Shown: piece by piece, positions 13,286 through 25,600 of the stretch
Layout: every line of letters starts with the position of its first letter
How positions within the stretch are numbered: position 1 is the stretch's first letter
NCBI GenBank assembly: GCA_965235115.1
Contig: OZ249436.1
Span: forward strand, 51,834,001-51,898,000
From: Laetmonice hystrix
Taxonomy: Eukaryota
Direction: 5' to 3'
DNA length: 64,000 nt
The notes under the pieces: generated by a model
The model's database searches: none
The model's input: only the letters and a program-made list of their open reading frames with translations
What the model was told of the DNA's origin: nothing
Made by a program: the position numbers and the translations under genes

Positions 13286-14960
13286 AGATCTATAGGCCTA
13301 AGCCATGTCACTATAATGAATTTAGAGAATTTTAACTTTTTTCTACCAATACCAAAACGAGTGCTATAAGATTTATAAGAGCTGGGAATGGAAAGTGGGA
13401 TTTTAGCCAACTACATTGTAATTCAAAGAGCTGTTCACTGAGCAGGCGTCGCGGTGGAGGGTTGTCACCAGACGGCGTTCAACACCGAACGCTTTGTTCG
13501 GGGCCTGGTCACGTGTTCGGATCAGTTGAGGTTGTTTTTTTACGTTGTTCTGCCTAACTGCCGAAAGCTATGTTCTTGGAATTCTTTCATGGCGCGCAAA
13601 CAGCTGATGTATTGCCGCAGAACAAGGGGGATCATTAGGCATGGATCCAGGATTTTCAGGGGCGTTTCGGAAGGCTGGTGAAAAAAGAATTTCCACAAAA
13701 AAGAAAACTTTTTAAGGAAAAGATAGGCTCAAGAATATTGGGCCCGAGTTATGCGGGCTCCAGTGTGTACCTGTAATAATATGCTAGGTCCATGAGGAAA
13801 CGTTCAAATATTGCATGCTAGACGTAAATTATATGCATGTCCTCGATCCATAACCAAGGCCACACGAGGATAACATGGGCCTGAAGGTCTACTCGTATCC
13901 TCGAGGATATAGCGCTCATGGCTGCACGGTGTTTATTTTTTCAAACAGATACACTATTCGAGTGACTGTTGACATGTCTACATGATACAGGGATCGGATA
14001 ATGTACACGCTTGTAAACTATCATCTGGGGTTCCCTGGTGTTTGGGGGGGGGGGGGGGGTGTTGGGGGGGGGGGCATTCAAAATCTGTCAGGTATTCTTT
14101 ATGAGCGTGGGTGTTTGAGGGGGTTGGCGTGGTTGGAAAGGTTGACGTACTAGACCCATGGATATATGGTCGACAATTTGCGTGTTGATTTCGTAACTAT
14201 ATAAACCATAGAGATGAAAATGACGGTCTACATCACAATTCAAAATAAATAATTATACACTAAACCAAAAATAGTCTGTATTAATGGGTCCGTCGGTGAG
14301 TAGGGCGTAGCGCCCCCCCTCCACCCCCACCCAGTTTTAACCGCTTGCCTGTCAGCACCACATTACAAAACTATGTTATCCCGAGATGACGTCATGACGT
14401 TCTAAGTGCCGTTCAGAGTTAGTTCTGTCTCCATGGAAACATCACGAAGGCCCAAACATCGTTTTTCATACCCCTACACCGCCGCAACGTCTATGTGATC
14501 ATTTATATGACCGGGACTCCTTGGTTCTGATGGGGGTGGGGGGAGGGATCAAGTCGGGGACAGATTGGTAATAGGCTGAAATAGAGACGGATGCGGAGGC
14601 GAAGTAAATGAGATTAAGCGGGTTCGAACTCCTGCCACTTATTGAAAACAGTATGGTGTAAGCCCCGGTGTGCGGGTTCCTCTTTTGTCCTCTCAGACAT
14701 CAGCGAATTGAATGAATGAAAAGACTTTTTCCTGCCCTGACGATACCAAACGGTCGCCGACCGGGCGTAAAGCAACTAATCACCCCCCAGCACCACCACC
14801 ACTGTATGACTGAGATATATCTACAGGCTGGAGGAGATCGACAGAAGGGACGGGTTCATGGCCCGGCCGACCGAGGTTGCGGGCCATGCGGCCGGCTGGA
14901 GAACATTTCGGTGGTTGGGGGTAAGGTTTTAATTGGTAGTCGTGTTAGCCGTCTATAACC

Positions 14961-16600
14961 CTGTACTGTCAACCACATTACCTGGAGGCATGTTGCCCTA
15001 CTACTTCTGTACTGTCAACCACATTACCTGGAGGCATGTTGCCCTACTACTTCTGTACTGTCAACCACATTACCTGGAGGCATGTTGCCCTACTACTTCT
15101 GTACTGTCAACCACATTACCTGGAGGCATGTTGCCCTACTACTTCTGTACTGTCAACCGCATTACCTGGAGGCATGTTGCCCTACTACTTCTGTACTGTC
15201 AACCACATTACCTGGAGGCATGTTGCCCTACTACTTCTGTACTGTCAACCGCATTACCTGGAGGCATGTTGCCCTACTACTTCTGTACTATCAACCGAAT
15301 TACCTGGAGGCATGTTGCCCTACTTCTGTACTGTCAACCACATTACCTGGAGGCATGTTGCCCTACTACTTCTGTACTGTCAACCGAATTACCTGGAGGC
15401 ATGTTGCCCTACTTCTGTACTGTCAACCACATTACCTGGAGGCATGTTGCCCTACTACTTCTGTACTGTCAACCGCATTACCTGGAGGCATGTTGCCCTA
15501 CTACTTCTGTACTGTCAACCACATTACCTGGAGGCATGTTGCCCTACTACTTCTGTACTGTCAACCGCATTACCTGGAGGCATGTTGCCCTACTACTTCT
15601 GTACTGTCAACGACATTACCTGGAGGCATGTTGCCCTACTACTTCTGTACTGTCAACCACATTACCTGGAGGCATGTTGCCCTACTACTTCTGTACTGTC
15701 AACCGCATTACCTGGAGGCATGTTGCCCTACTACTTCTGTACTGTCAACCACATTGCCTGGAGGCATGTTGCCCTACTACTTCTGTACTGTCAACCACAT
15801 TGCCTGGAGGCATGTTGCCCTACTTCTGTACTGTCAACCACATTACCTGGAGGCATGTTGCCCTACTACTTCTGTACTGTCAACCACATTACCTGGAGGC
15901 ATGTTGCCCTACTTCTGTACTGTCAACCACATTACCTGGAGGCATGTTGCCCTACTACTTCTGTACTGTCAACCGCATTACCTGGAGGCATGTTGCCCTA
16001 CTACTTCTGTACTGTCAACCACATTACCTGGAGGCATGTTGCCCTACTACTTCTGTACTGTCAACCACATTACCTGGAGGCATGTTGCCCTACTACTTCT
16101 GTACTGTCAACCGCATTACCTGGAGGCATGTTGCCCTACTACTTCTGTACTGTCAACCACATTGCCTGGAGGCATGTTGCCCCACTACTTCTGTACTGTC
16201 AACCACATTACCTGGAGGCATGTTGCCCTACTACTTCTGTACTGTCAACCACATTACCTGGAGGCATGTTGCCCTACTACTTCTGTACTGTCAACCACAT
16301 TACCTGGAGGCATGTTGCCCTACTACTTCTGTACTGTCAACCACATTACCTGGAGGCATGTTGCCCTACTACTTCTGTACTGTCAACCGAATTACCTGGA
16401 GGCATGTTGCCCTACTTCTGTACTGTCAACCACATTACCTGGAGGCATGTTGCCCTACTACTTCTGTACTGTCAACCGCATTACCTGGAGGCATGTTGCC
16501 CTACTACTTCTGTACTGTCAACTACATTACCTGGAGGCATGTTGCCATACTACTTCTGTACTGTCAACCGCATTACCTGGAGGCATGTTGCCCTACTACC
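14961..16600. repeat. 46-bp minisatellite, about 36 copies (some 43-bp variants)
   Basis: Unit ctgtactgtcaaccacattacctggaggcatgttgccctactactt; lies between the two thrombospondin genes. Confidence 0.97.
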
Positions 16601-19549
16601 ATCAACCACATTACCATCTTAACCTATACGAATCCTGTACTGTCAACCACATTAAACAAAATGGACAATGTTAGGTCTACATTCATTGCAGACACTCATA
16701 AATTGACATCATATTTATCTTTTACACAGGTCAAAGTCACATTGGGCTTGCACGACTTGTCGGAACACTCCACCGATCTTACACATTGTATATGTACTTA
16801 CACGTATAAACAGACCTACTAGACCTGGCATGCATCATGACCTGATTATGACATCGGTGCATAATGGGTGGTCAGATCTCGTCAGTCCTTAACCTTCAAA
16901 CCTCACAGGTGTCTTGAAGTAGTGTCTAAAATATCGCCTCTCTCCCTCCCCCATCAGATACCCCTTCCTTCATACCACCCCTTACCAGGTATAGGTGACA
17001 GATGGGGTGCATGGGGTTGGAGGGTATGGGAGTTCGGGGTCCAATGCAAGGACGGTGAGACGAGGGCAGTATATTGCTGTACATTTAGGTGTGTGGGACC
17101 GGTGGGTCCAGCCCCCCAAACGTCTCCACTCACCCCCACCCCACCCCACCCCGTCAGGCTCTCCACCCCCACCGTCTGATCATAATGCGACGCGGTGTAA
17201 ATATTTACAGGTTTAGGAGGGAGCCAGGTGAGACGTTCTCTCGTCCCTGGCAGCACCCTGCCCACCTGATACAGCCGTCCCAATATAGCTAGCACCTTGG
17301 TGGCGGAGCGTTTGTCCCAGAGATACTCACATATATTTTCGCATTGAAAACCTTGATGTTGAGAGTGCCAGACAGGTGCGGTGAAGGGGTACGACCCGAC
17401 TCTTCTGTCAGCATCTCCGTACATTTATCAGGGGGGGGGGGTAGCTCTCGTCAAGAACAGCTAAAAATATGGGGGGGGGGAGGGTGAATATATATGGGGA
17501 GGTAGGTGCATATAGAAGGACTCATGTATGTTTATCTTGCCTTGTCCTAATCTTTTAATCCTTCATTTATAGGCTATAAAAGCGGGAATTAGCTTTTCAG
17601 TTCATCCACCAGGTGGCGTCACGGTCGGGTATAGGCTCCGCGCGGTGATACATGGACGCGGTTGTTCAAAACTGAACTTCTTGCAAAAGCTAAAGCTGAA
17701 TGCTTCTGGTTGGCGGATCTGCTTAGAGCGCCCAATAAGAACGATTAAGGTTAAGCTTGAGCAATAATTTATTATAGGAAAGACTTGGCCCTGATCATAT
17801 TTTCCCATGGACTGTTGATATAACGCGATAGTGCTTGGGTGGTATCCTGGAATAATAGGTCAGGCGATCTCGGCAAATCCTCCTTCCCCGAGATATGATG
17901 TAATATAGCCACTGACCTGTTCAAAAAATACATTACTGCTTAAAATCTCAATGTTATCTGCCGAATGAGAAATTTCTCAATGATATGAAACTTAAAGTGC
18001 ATGATTAAAGATCATGTCAAACTTAAGACTTTAACCTTTAGTATGGGAACATCAGTTTTAAACGCAATTTCGGAAAAATATGTTTTATTTTCACTAACAA
18101 GAAACCGTCTGTTCATGAAATAACCAAAAGTAGAAGTGGCAGTGGCAATGACCACATCTTCACAACTGTTGATGCCGTGTGGTGTTAATACACAATGTCA
18201 CAGAATACATCAGCGACAGGTTTTTGAATACATGACAATGAGTTATTGTTTGGAAAATGAGATTTCAACTGATCAGCCGCCCCCCGTACCTTGTGACGAA
18301 TATGATAACGTGGTCGTTTTTTCTAAGTTATCCCTATATGATCTCATCCATATTCCCTCCGTAATATCCCTTCAGAATAAACCAATCATTTAAAGCAGAA
18401 CTTCTACATCTAAACTGTGCTCATGATTTGAAGCCACGTAGAACATGTCTTATTATAATTCTTGCCGGGCGGCACGCTGCCATCATCTACACATGTATGC
18501 GTCTATACATACCTATTATACTTAAAAGCAATGTAGTCTTCTCGCTATACTCTTGAAGGACTGCATATAATTAAACATGTACACTGGTTCGCTAATACAT
18601 TCACCCCTCCTCGTTGTGGCATATATCAACGGTCACGATCGCTACAAAGCCTATATAATGGCCACATTTATAGGGCCTAACAAATTCTGCTTGGAGTTCA
18701 AAGCCTAAAAACTGTCGCCAACATTGTGCAGTATTGGGAAATGGTGCTTCAATTTCAAGAACAGAGGTGTTATAAAACCGTATAGAAAATCCTTGAGTTT
18801 CGGAAGCTTCTCGAATGTCATGAATTCATTCCGGGCAGAAATCAAGGTGACATCAAATAATCAAATTTCACGACGTTACATTGTATCCTTTGTCAATTGT
18901 TGTGATTGGCTGATTGTCACCCACCGTTTGGTAGCACGGTTTTGATTGGTCCTCACTGCTCACACATTGACGATACGTGGACAGACGTTGGTTGTACTCG
19001 TGACACTTGGCCATTCTTAACCCACAGATCTACCTTTTTCCAAGTTTTTCACGTTTTGCAAAGATTTCCCATTGTTGCCCTCATATTGCATAGCTCGCCT
19101 AATAGTTTACTGTAAAAAAGTCTTAATCGCTCGATATAACATAAAATTACCCTTTTAGAGAAGTACGTCTGTGCATAAATATATGATTAAACGGCCATCT
19201 AGATAGAAATCATAATAGTAGCTCTTGCAGATCCCAGTTTTTGAAGAAATTGATAAATACAACACTAAATACAACACAGGAAACGCACCAAATACAGGGT
19301 TGCGTTCTGCCACGTGTTCCTTACACACCAGAGATTTCGTCCTCTCCCTTGGCGGGAGGCTTCTGCGAGGAGTAATTTGATGAAGGCCATGTTGATTTGT
19401 CTATTTGTATAGAAAATACTCCTGATTACACTATAGTCTGTATTGTGATTACTGATGAACGAAACAAAGAAGTTCATTGAAGGAGTCAGGCCACTTGCTG
19501 GTCGTTGTGCTGCCATCTAGCGGTGAACATGGTAGAGAATATTCCGGCA

Positions 19550-19614
19550 CTAATTTTTATGGCCTCGTTTCTTCCTGATTGGACCTCCTGGAGTACTATC
19601 TCTGGGATCCTCCT
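19550..19614 (-). CDS. Putative terminal coding exon 56 ([21 protein letters not shown])
   Basis: Acceptor tgtgttacag| fits the phase-1 donor AACG|GTACGT at 20102. Alternative: exon 55 reads through to the TAG at 20089. No homology support. Confidence 0.45.
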
Positions 19615-22600
19615 CTGTAACACACAAAATGGATTGTTCTCGGTATTAATGGCCAGCAGAGTTAAGCGCGACTAACCGTAAGACAACAGTTACCCTAAAA
19701 GGTAGCCAAGAATCAACAACGTGAACGGGCAAGTAGGCGTAAAAGTCTCTTGTTTGAAAAGTCATTGACAGGAAAGTCATTTTTTCATTCCCACTCAGGT
19801 AGGTACAAAGGTAAGGGTCCTGGGTGGACTTCCAAGCTGCTATGAAAATGAGCTATAGTTCTTTAAACCAATTCCGACAGAGACAATTTATTTACACAAG
19901 GTCACTTCCTTCAAACAGATTTAAAATAATTTTCAGTTACAAACTAATTACGCCACATAAGTGTGTCATTGATGGGTACCAAAATATGCCCCACTTTCCT
20001 CATTACATCTAAAGCTATAAGGATGCCAACATTTGCTTGTGTTGAATGTCACCAGAGGGTGCCACCTGATAAAGCCGGCTGTGATTGGCTAGGTTAACGT
20101 ACCGTTACAGGAATAGACCAAGTCGGACCAGATAACCTTCTCCTGAGAGAAACAGAAGAGACCGAGACGTCCTCCCCGGTGGGTGTTGTCGATGATATAA
20201 CCCGAGTCAGCGACTAGGTCCACGTCCTTGTATATGACCACTCTGTCGATACAGTCAACATGACATGATGAAGTCACACCAGTCAATGGGTGGGTCCATT
20301 GTACGCGAGTGCTGGGTGGTCTTACGTAACACTAACAGAAGTCTTAACAATCTTTTTATTCTATGCATTTACAATCACAATTGTATTCAACGTTGTTTAA
20401 GCTCCGATGGATAAGTCTGTCAGCCCCATTGACTGATAGCCAGGGCCGTAATTCGGAGGGGGGCCTAGGGGGCTTAAGGCCCCCCCCCAATAGTTTCAGT
20501 GTTGCCTAATAATTATCCTACTTTAACGAGGAGAACCTTGGATCTGTTCGTCGAGCCCCCAATATATAATTCAATAGCTCCCTCAATAATTTGATGGAAA
20601 TTACGGGGCTGCTGATAGCCGTGCAGCGGTGCTCCCGTCGACCTCTATAGAGTCTGTATGAGGGAGTAAGTTATCTACAGACCTGATGAGGCCAATGGCT
20701 GGCCGGTGAATGAGCTGGAGTAAGTTATCTACAGACCTGATGAGGCCAATGGCTGGCGGGTGAATGAGCTGGAGTAAGTTATTTACAGACCTGATGAGGC
20801 CAATGGCTGGCCGGTGAATGAGCTGGAGTAAGTTATTTACAGACCTGATGAGGCCAATGGCTGGCCGGTGAATGAGCTGGAGTAAGTTATCTACAGACCT
20901 GATGAGGCCAATGGCTGGCCGGTGAATGAGCTGGAGTAAGTTATTTACAGACCTGATGAGGCCAATGGCTGGCCGGTGAATGAGCTGGAGTAAGTTATTT
21001 ACAGACCTGATGAGGCCAATGGCTGGCCGGTGAATGAGCTGGAGTAAGTTATCTACAGACCTGATGAGGCCAATGGCTGGCCGGTGAATGAGCTGGAGTA
21101 AGTTATCTACAGACCTGATGAGGCCAATGGCTGGCCGGTGAATGAGCTGGAGTAAGTTATCTACAGACCTGATGAGGCCAATGGCTGGCCGGTGAATGAG
21201 CTGGAGTAAGTTATTTACAGACCTGATGAGGCCAATGGCTGGCCGGTGAATGAGCTGGAGTAAGTTATTTACAGACCTGATGAGGCCAATGGCTGGCCGG
21301 TGAATGAGCTGGAGTAAGTTATTTACAGACCTGATGAGGCCAATGGCTGGCCGGTGAATGAGCTGGAGTAAGTTATTTACAGACCTGATGAGGCCAATGG
21401 CTGGCCGGTGAATGAGCTGGAGTAAGTTATTTACAGACCTGATGAGGCCAATGGCTGGCCGGTGAATGAGCTGGAGTAAGTTATCTACAGACCTGATGAG
21501 GCCAATGGCTGGCCGGTGAATGAGCTGGAGTAAGTTATCTACAGACCTGATGAGGCCAATGGCTGGCCGGTGAATGAGCTGGAGTAAGTTATTTACAGAC
21601 CTGATGAGGCCAATGGCTGGCCGGTGAATGAGCTGGAGTAAGTTATCTACAGACCTGATGAGGCCAATGGCTGGCCGGTGAATGAGCTGGAGTAAGTTAT
21701 CTACAGACCTGATGAGGCCAATGGCTGGCCGGTGAATGAGCTGGAGTAAGTTATCTACAGACCTGATGAGGCCAATGGCTGGCCGGTGAATGAGCTGGAG
21801 TAAGTTATCTACAGACCTGATGAGGCCAATGGCTGGCCGGTGAATGAGCTGGAGTAAGTTATCTACAGACCTGATGAGGCCAATGGCTGGCCGGTGAATG
21901 AGCTCCCAGCGGTAGGCGACCTTCTCGCGCCATCCTACGTTCAGCGGATCCTTCCACAACAGTTTCACCTGCAATGATACAATATGTGTGGATCGGTGAG
22001 AACAGTGAACCATATTTTGTCGATCAATGAGAACAGTGAACCAGATTGTGTGGATCAATGGAAACAGTGAACCAGATTATGTCGATCAATGGAAACAGTG
22101 AACCAGATTGTGTGGATCAATGGAAACAGTGAACCAGATTGTGTGGATCAATGAGAACAGTGAACCAGACACCTGTGGATCGATGAGAACAGTGAACCAG
22201 GTTCTGTCGATCAATGAGAACAGTGAACCAGATTGTGTCGATCAATGAGAACAGTGAACCAGATACCTGTGCGTATTTAAAGGTAATCGGTCACCCTAGA
22301 GCCGCCAAGTTTTGTCGGAGCGGTGTCCCCATCTCCTACAAGTCCGCGTATTTCAAGCTTACCTGATCTTGAATCTATCCCACTGGACTGATAAAACATT
22401 CTGTCGTAATCCTAACACTGTTGTGCTAGGTCTGTTGTTGATTATGAGCTATAATGAGGCGATACATCCGATATTTTTCATCTCAATGGACTGAGAACTG
22501 CCGCATTCCTTTCCTAACCATCATAGCGGTCGTTACTAGGCAACGGGCACATCACGCATGCGCTGCCTTGCACTGCTCGCCCGCCCTCCCCCCATAATCC

Positions 22601-25600
22601 ATATAAGGGCATGATTTGATTCGCGTGCTCTCGTCTCTAGCCAAATAGGTAAACGCTTAATTAATTAATTAAAAATATTGTCGATATGGACGCACCATGG
22701 TGCCAGACTGCTAGAAACCCCTTAAAATAATTGTTTTTACTCAAGTTTTGTTGAATTGACTGCGTTTATTTCAATTTTCGAACAGATTTTCTTTAATGTC
22801 AAACACCGAATTAGGATGCCATGACAATGAACCTCTGACGATAGACGTATAAAGTGACAATCTTTAATCGGCGCTTTTCATGAGCTTTGAGAGATTGAAA
22901 ACATTTCCTGGAGATCCGCCCCCTTCCTCCTCACTCCCTAGCCCCCCCCCCCCCCCCGCGCCTAAATACTCTACGCCTCTATTGGAGCAAGATTCCCCAC
23001 GCCAGGATGTCACCGCACCACATGGGCCCGGTTTGTCAAAAGTTCAAGCTTAAATTTAACGCTTCTGATTGGCTGGTAATGAGAATCGTTAAGTTTAACA
23101 TTAAGCACGACGTTTAGTTTCGACAAACCGTGGCGCCGGTTGACGTACCTCATTTGCACGGTCTCCTGTATTCCAGAGAGCGTTACGGAGATGCTGCCCG
23201 GGGCCCGTGCTGGAAGCGATTCTCTTGAGCTGAATGCCTGTATCAGCGTACGCGATGAATGGCTCGTCCTCCCAGTACCGCTGGGCCGCCTTCTTCCACA
23301 TGACGGCGTAGAAGTTGGAGCTATCCTGGTAACTACAATATAAATGTCTCTTTTGTACAATCGGACAGTGGAAGTCTATAGGTTATAATGCTATCGTTAA
23401 CGGATTTAACCTAAGGTTCCTAGACCCCCCCCCCCCCCGCCACTGGACCTGAGGGTGGAACCAGTGGACCAATTAATATAATATGGGAAATGAGTTGTCA
23501 GCGAATACAATGGCAAGCATGATTATATGCCTGGTGTCGAAATGCAATTGTTAACTTGGTTGCATCTATGGTAACACGACATTTGAGAGACTGACCTGAA
23601 AATGAAGCCGGCGTAGTCGTCATCTTCTTCAGTGTTCACGAAGAAGGTACCGCTAAAATCGACGCCAGATAGAACCGTCATACCTTGGAGAAGAAGGTTA
23701 ACATGTTACAACCTAACTAATGTTGCTATAACTTTAACGCCATCACAGTGTTTCAGTCGGTCTGCCAGTTTTATCCCTGTTTTATGAATGAAAGAGCTGC
23801 ACAGGGACAGTTAACAGAACGGTGGCGGGAGTTAGTCATATAACAGCGTTCGGAACAACTCCGATATAGTCCCCACACCGCCCCCCGCCCCCCCCCCCGC
23901 CCCCGCTCCGGCCCCCCGCTCCCCGCCCCCGCCCCTTCCTCCCCAGTGAAAGGATGAAAAAATTCAATGGTAGAAACAGCACGGCGAGAAGGTAGCGCCA
24001 CCTACCGATAGCCAGACCAGGATCGGCGTTCTCTGTCTGCCACACTTCGGCTCCCTGAAATAGACGGGACACGAGTCTGAAATTATGGTCTCAGTGTCGT
24101 TTGTATCACCCTGTATGTCCATATTGATCGCATATCCCTTCGGTTTGTCAAAAATTAAATTCTTTCTTAACTTCTGATTCAGTGGCTGGTCTCATCAGAC
24201 TAGACAATCAGAAGCTTCAGAAAGAACTTCAGTTCTTGCTTTTTCATGTATTCACAGACGCTCTTCTAAACCGTTATTTATGACGTCATGAATGAAGAGC
24301 GTGACGATTTGACTGACCTTGTCAAGGACCACCCAGTTGGGGTCAATCTGAGTTTCACCCTTGGGGTCAAGGCGGACTGTCTGGTGTTGACGGAAGAGGA
24401 AGACATCCTTCTCAGTCTCACCCTTCCCAGGACACACCGCGTCTCGAATACACTCCTCGTCTGTTCATTATTTCAAAAGCCAAATTTTTCGGTCATCGAA
24501 ATAACCAAAAAAAAAAGTAAGCCCATTTACAGACATATGCCAATATAATATTCATCAACGAAGGAACAGCCACACAATGTGTACTGTTCGGAAATCCAAC
24601 TGGATTCTTAATAAACAGTGTAATTTGAAATTAGACAAATTTACCATCATCCGTTGCGTAGTCAGGATCACATGCATTGCCTGAAAAATGGAAACAAGAA
24701 TCAGGGGTCTATTGAAAGCAACTGAGAACGTTCTCTACACGTCTTTAAATTCCCCAACCCCCCAAAAATGGAAATCAGATAATTCCCATCTGTCTCATCG
24801 AATTATCCCAGATTTAGATTAAGGTAAGGTGTGAATAAAAAAATAAGGTGGGACAAGGCACCAGTTTTTCAAAACTTAAGTTCTGGCTTTATCCTAAGCT
24901 TAACGATCCTGATTGGTCTAAACATACCAGCCAATCAGAAGTGTTTAGCTTAAGCATAATCGAGCACTTTAAACTCTGATAAACAAGGCCCAGTATCCAA
25001 CTGCGCGTTCCTGGAGGTCATTCAGTGCAGCGTACCCAAGTTGTCCTTGTCGGCGTTGAGCTGGTCAGCGTTGGGAACGTTGGGACAGTTGTCTATGTTG
25101 TCTTGGACACCATCTCCATCACTGCAAAATTTACATATTACTTATCATTAATATAATATAATTTAATACGGTGCGGGTAGAACTATACTTTAACAATACG
25201 TGCAGTAAAAACCTGTACCTAACAACTGTATTCAAAGGTTGGGATATAACAAGCTGAAGGATTGTTTTCATATGATAAGTTCTCGTGGCGTTTTTAATCC
25301 AAAACAAGCCTACCTATCAAGGTCGTTGTCGCAAACATCACCCAGTAAATCATCATCTTTATCGGCCTGATTAAAGATAAACAAAAACCCGTTTCAAAAT
25401 GTCTACAGACCATCATCCGCGAAACGGTAACCATCAGGCCTGACAGTGCACCGAAATGTTACAATTTGACACAAAGACATTACAATGAAGGTAAATGAAT
25501 GTAAATATAATGAATACCTGATCATCGTTATAAGCGTACGGACAGTTGTCGCATTCATCTCCAACACCATCGACGTCTGAGTCGCGCTGGTCAGAGTTTG

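Noticed and set aside
14933..16822. Three overlapping long plus-strand ORFs (629, 528 and 530 aa), Cys/Tyr/Leu-rich
   Set aside because: Artefact of a stop-free 46-bp satellite; the same peptide cycles through all three frames and there is no domain or splice evidence.
20601..22058. 485-aa minus-strand ORF as an independent gene
   Set aside because: It is thrombospondin exon 54 read through the 54-bp junction repeat; it starts in another repeat and stops inside a MITE.
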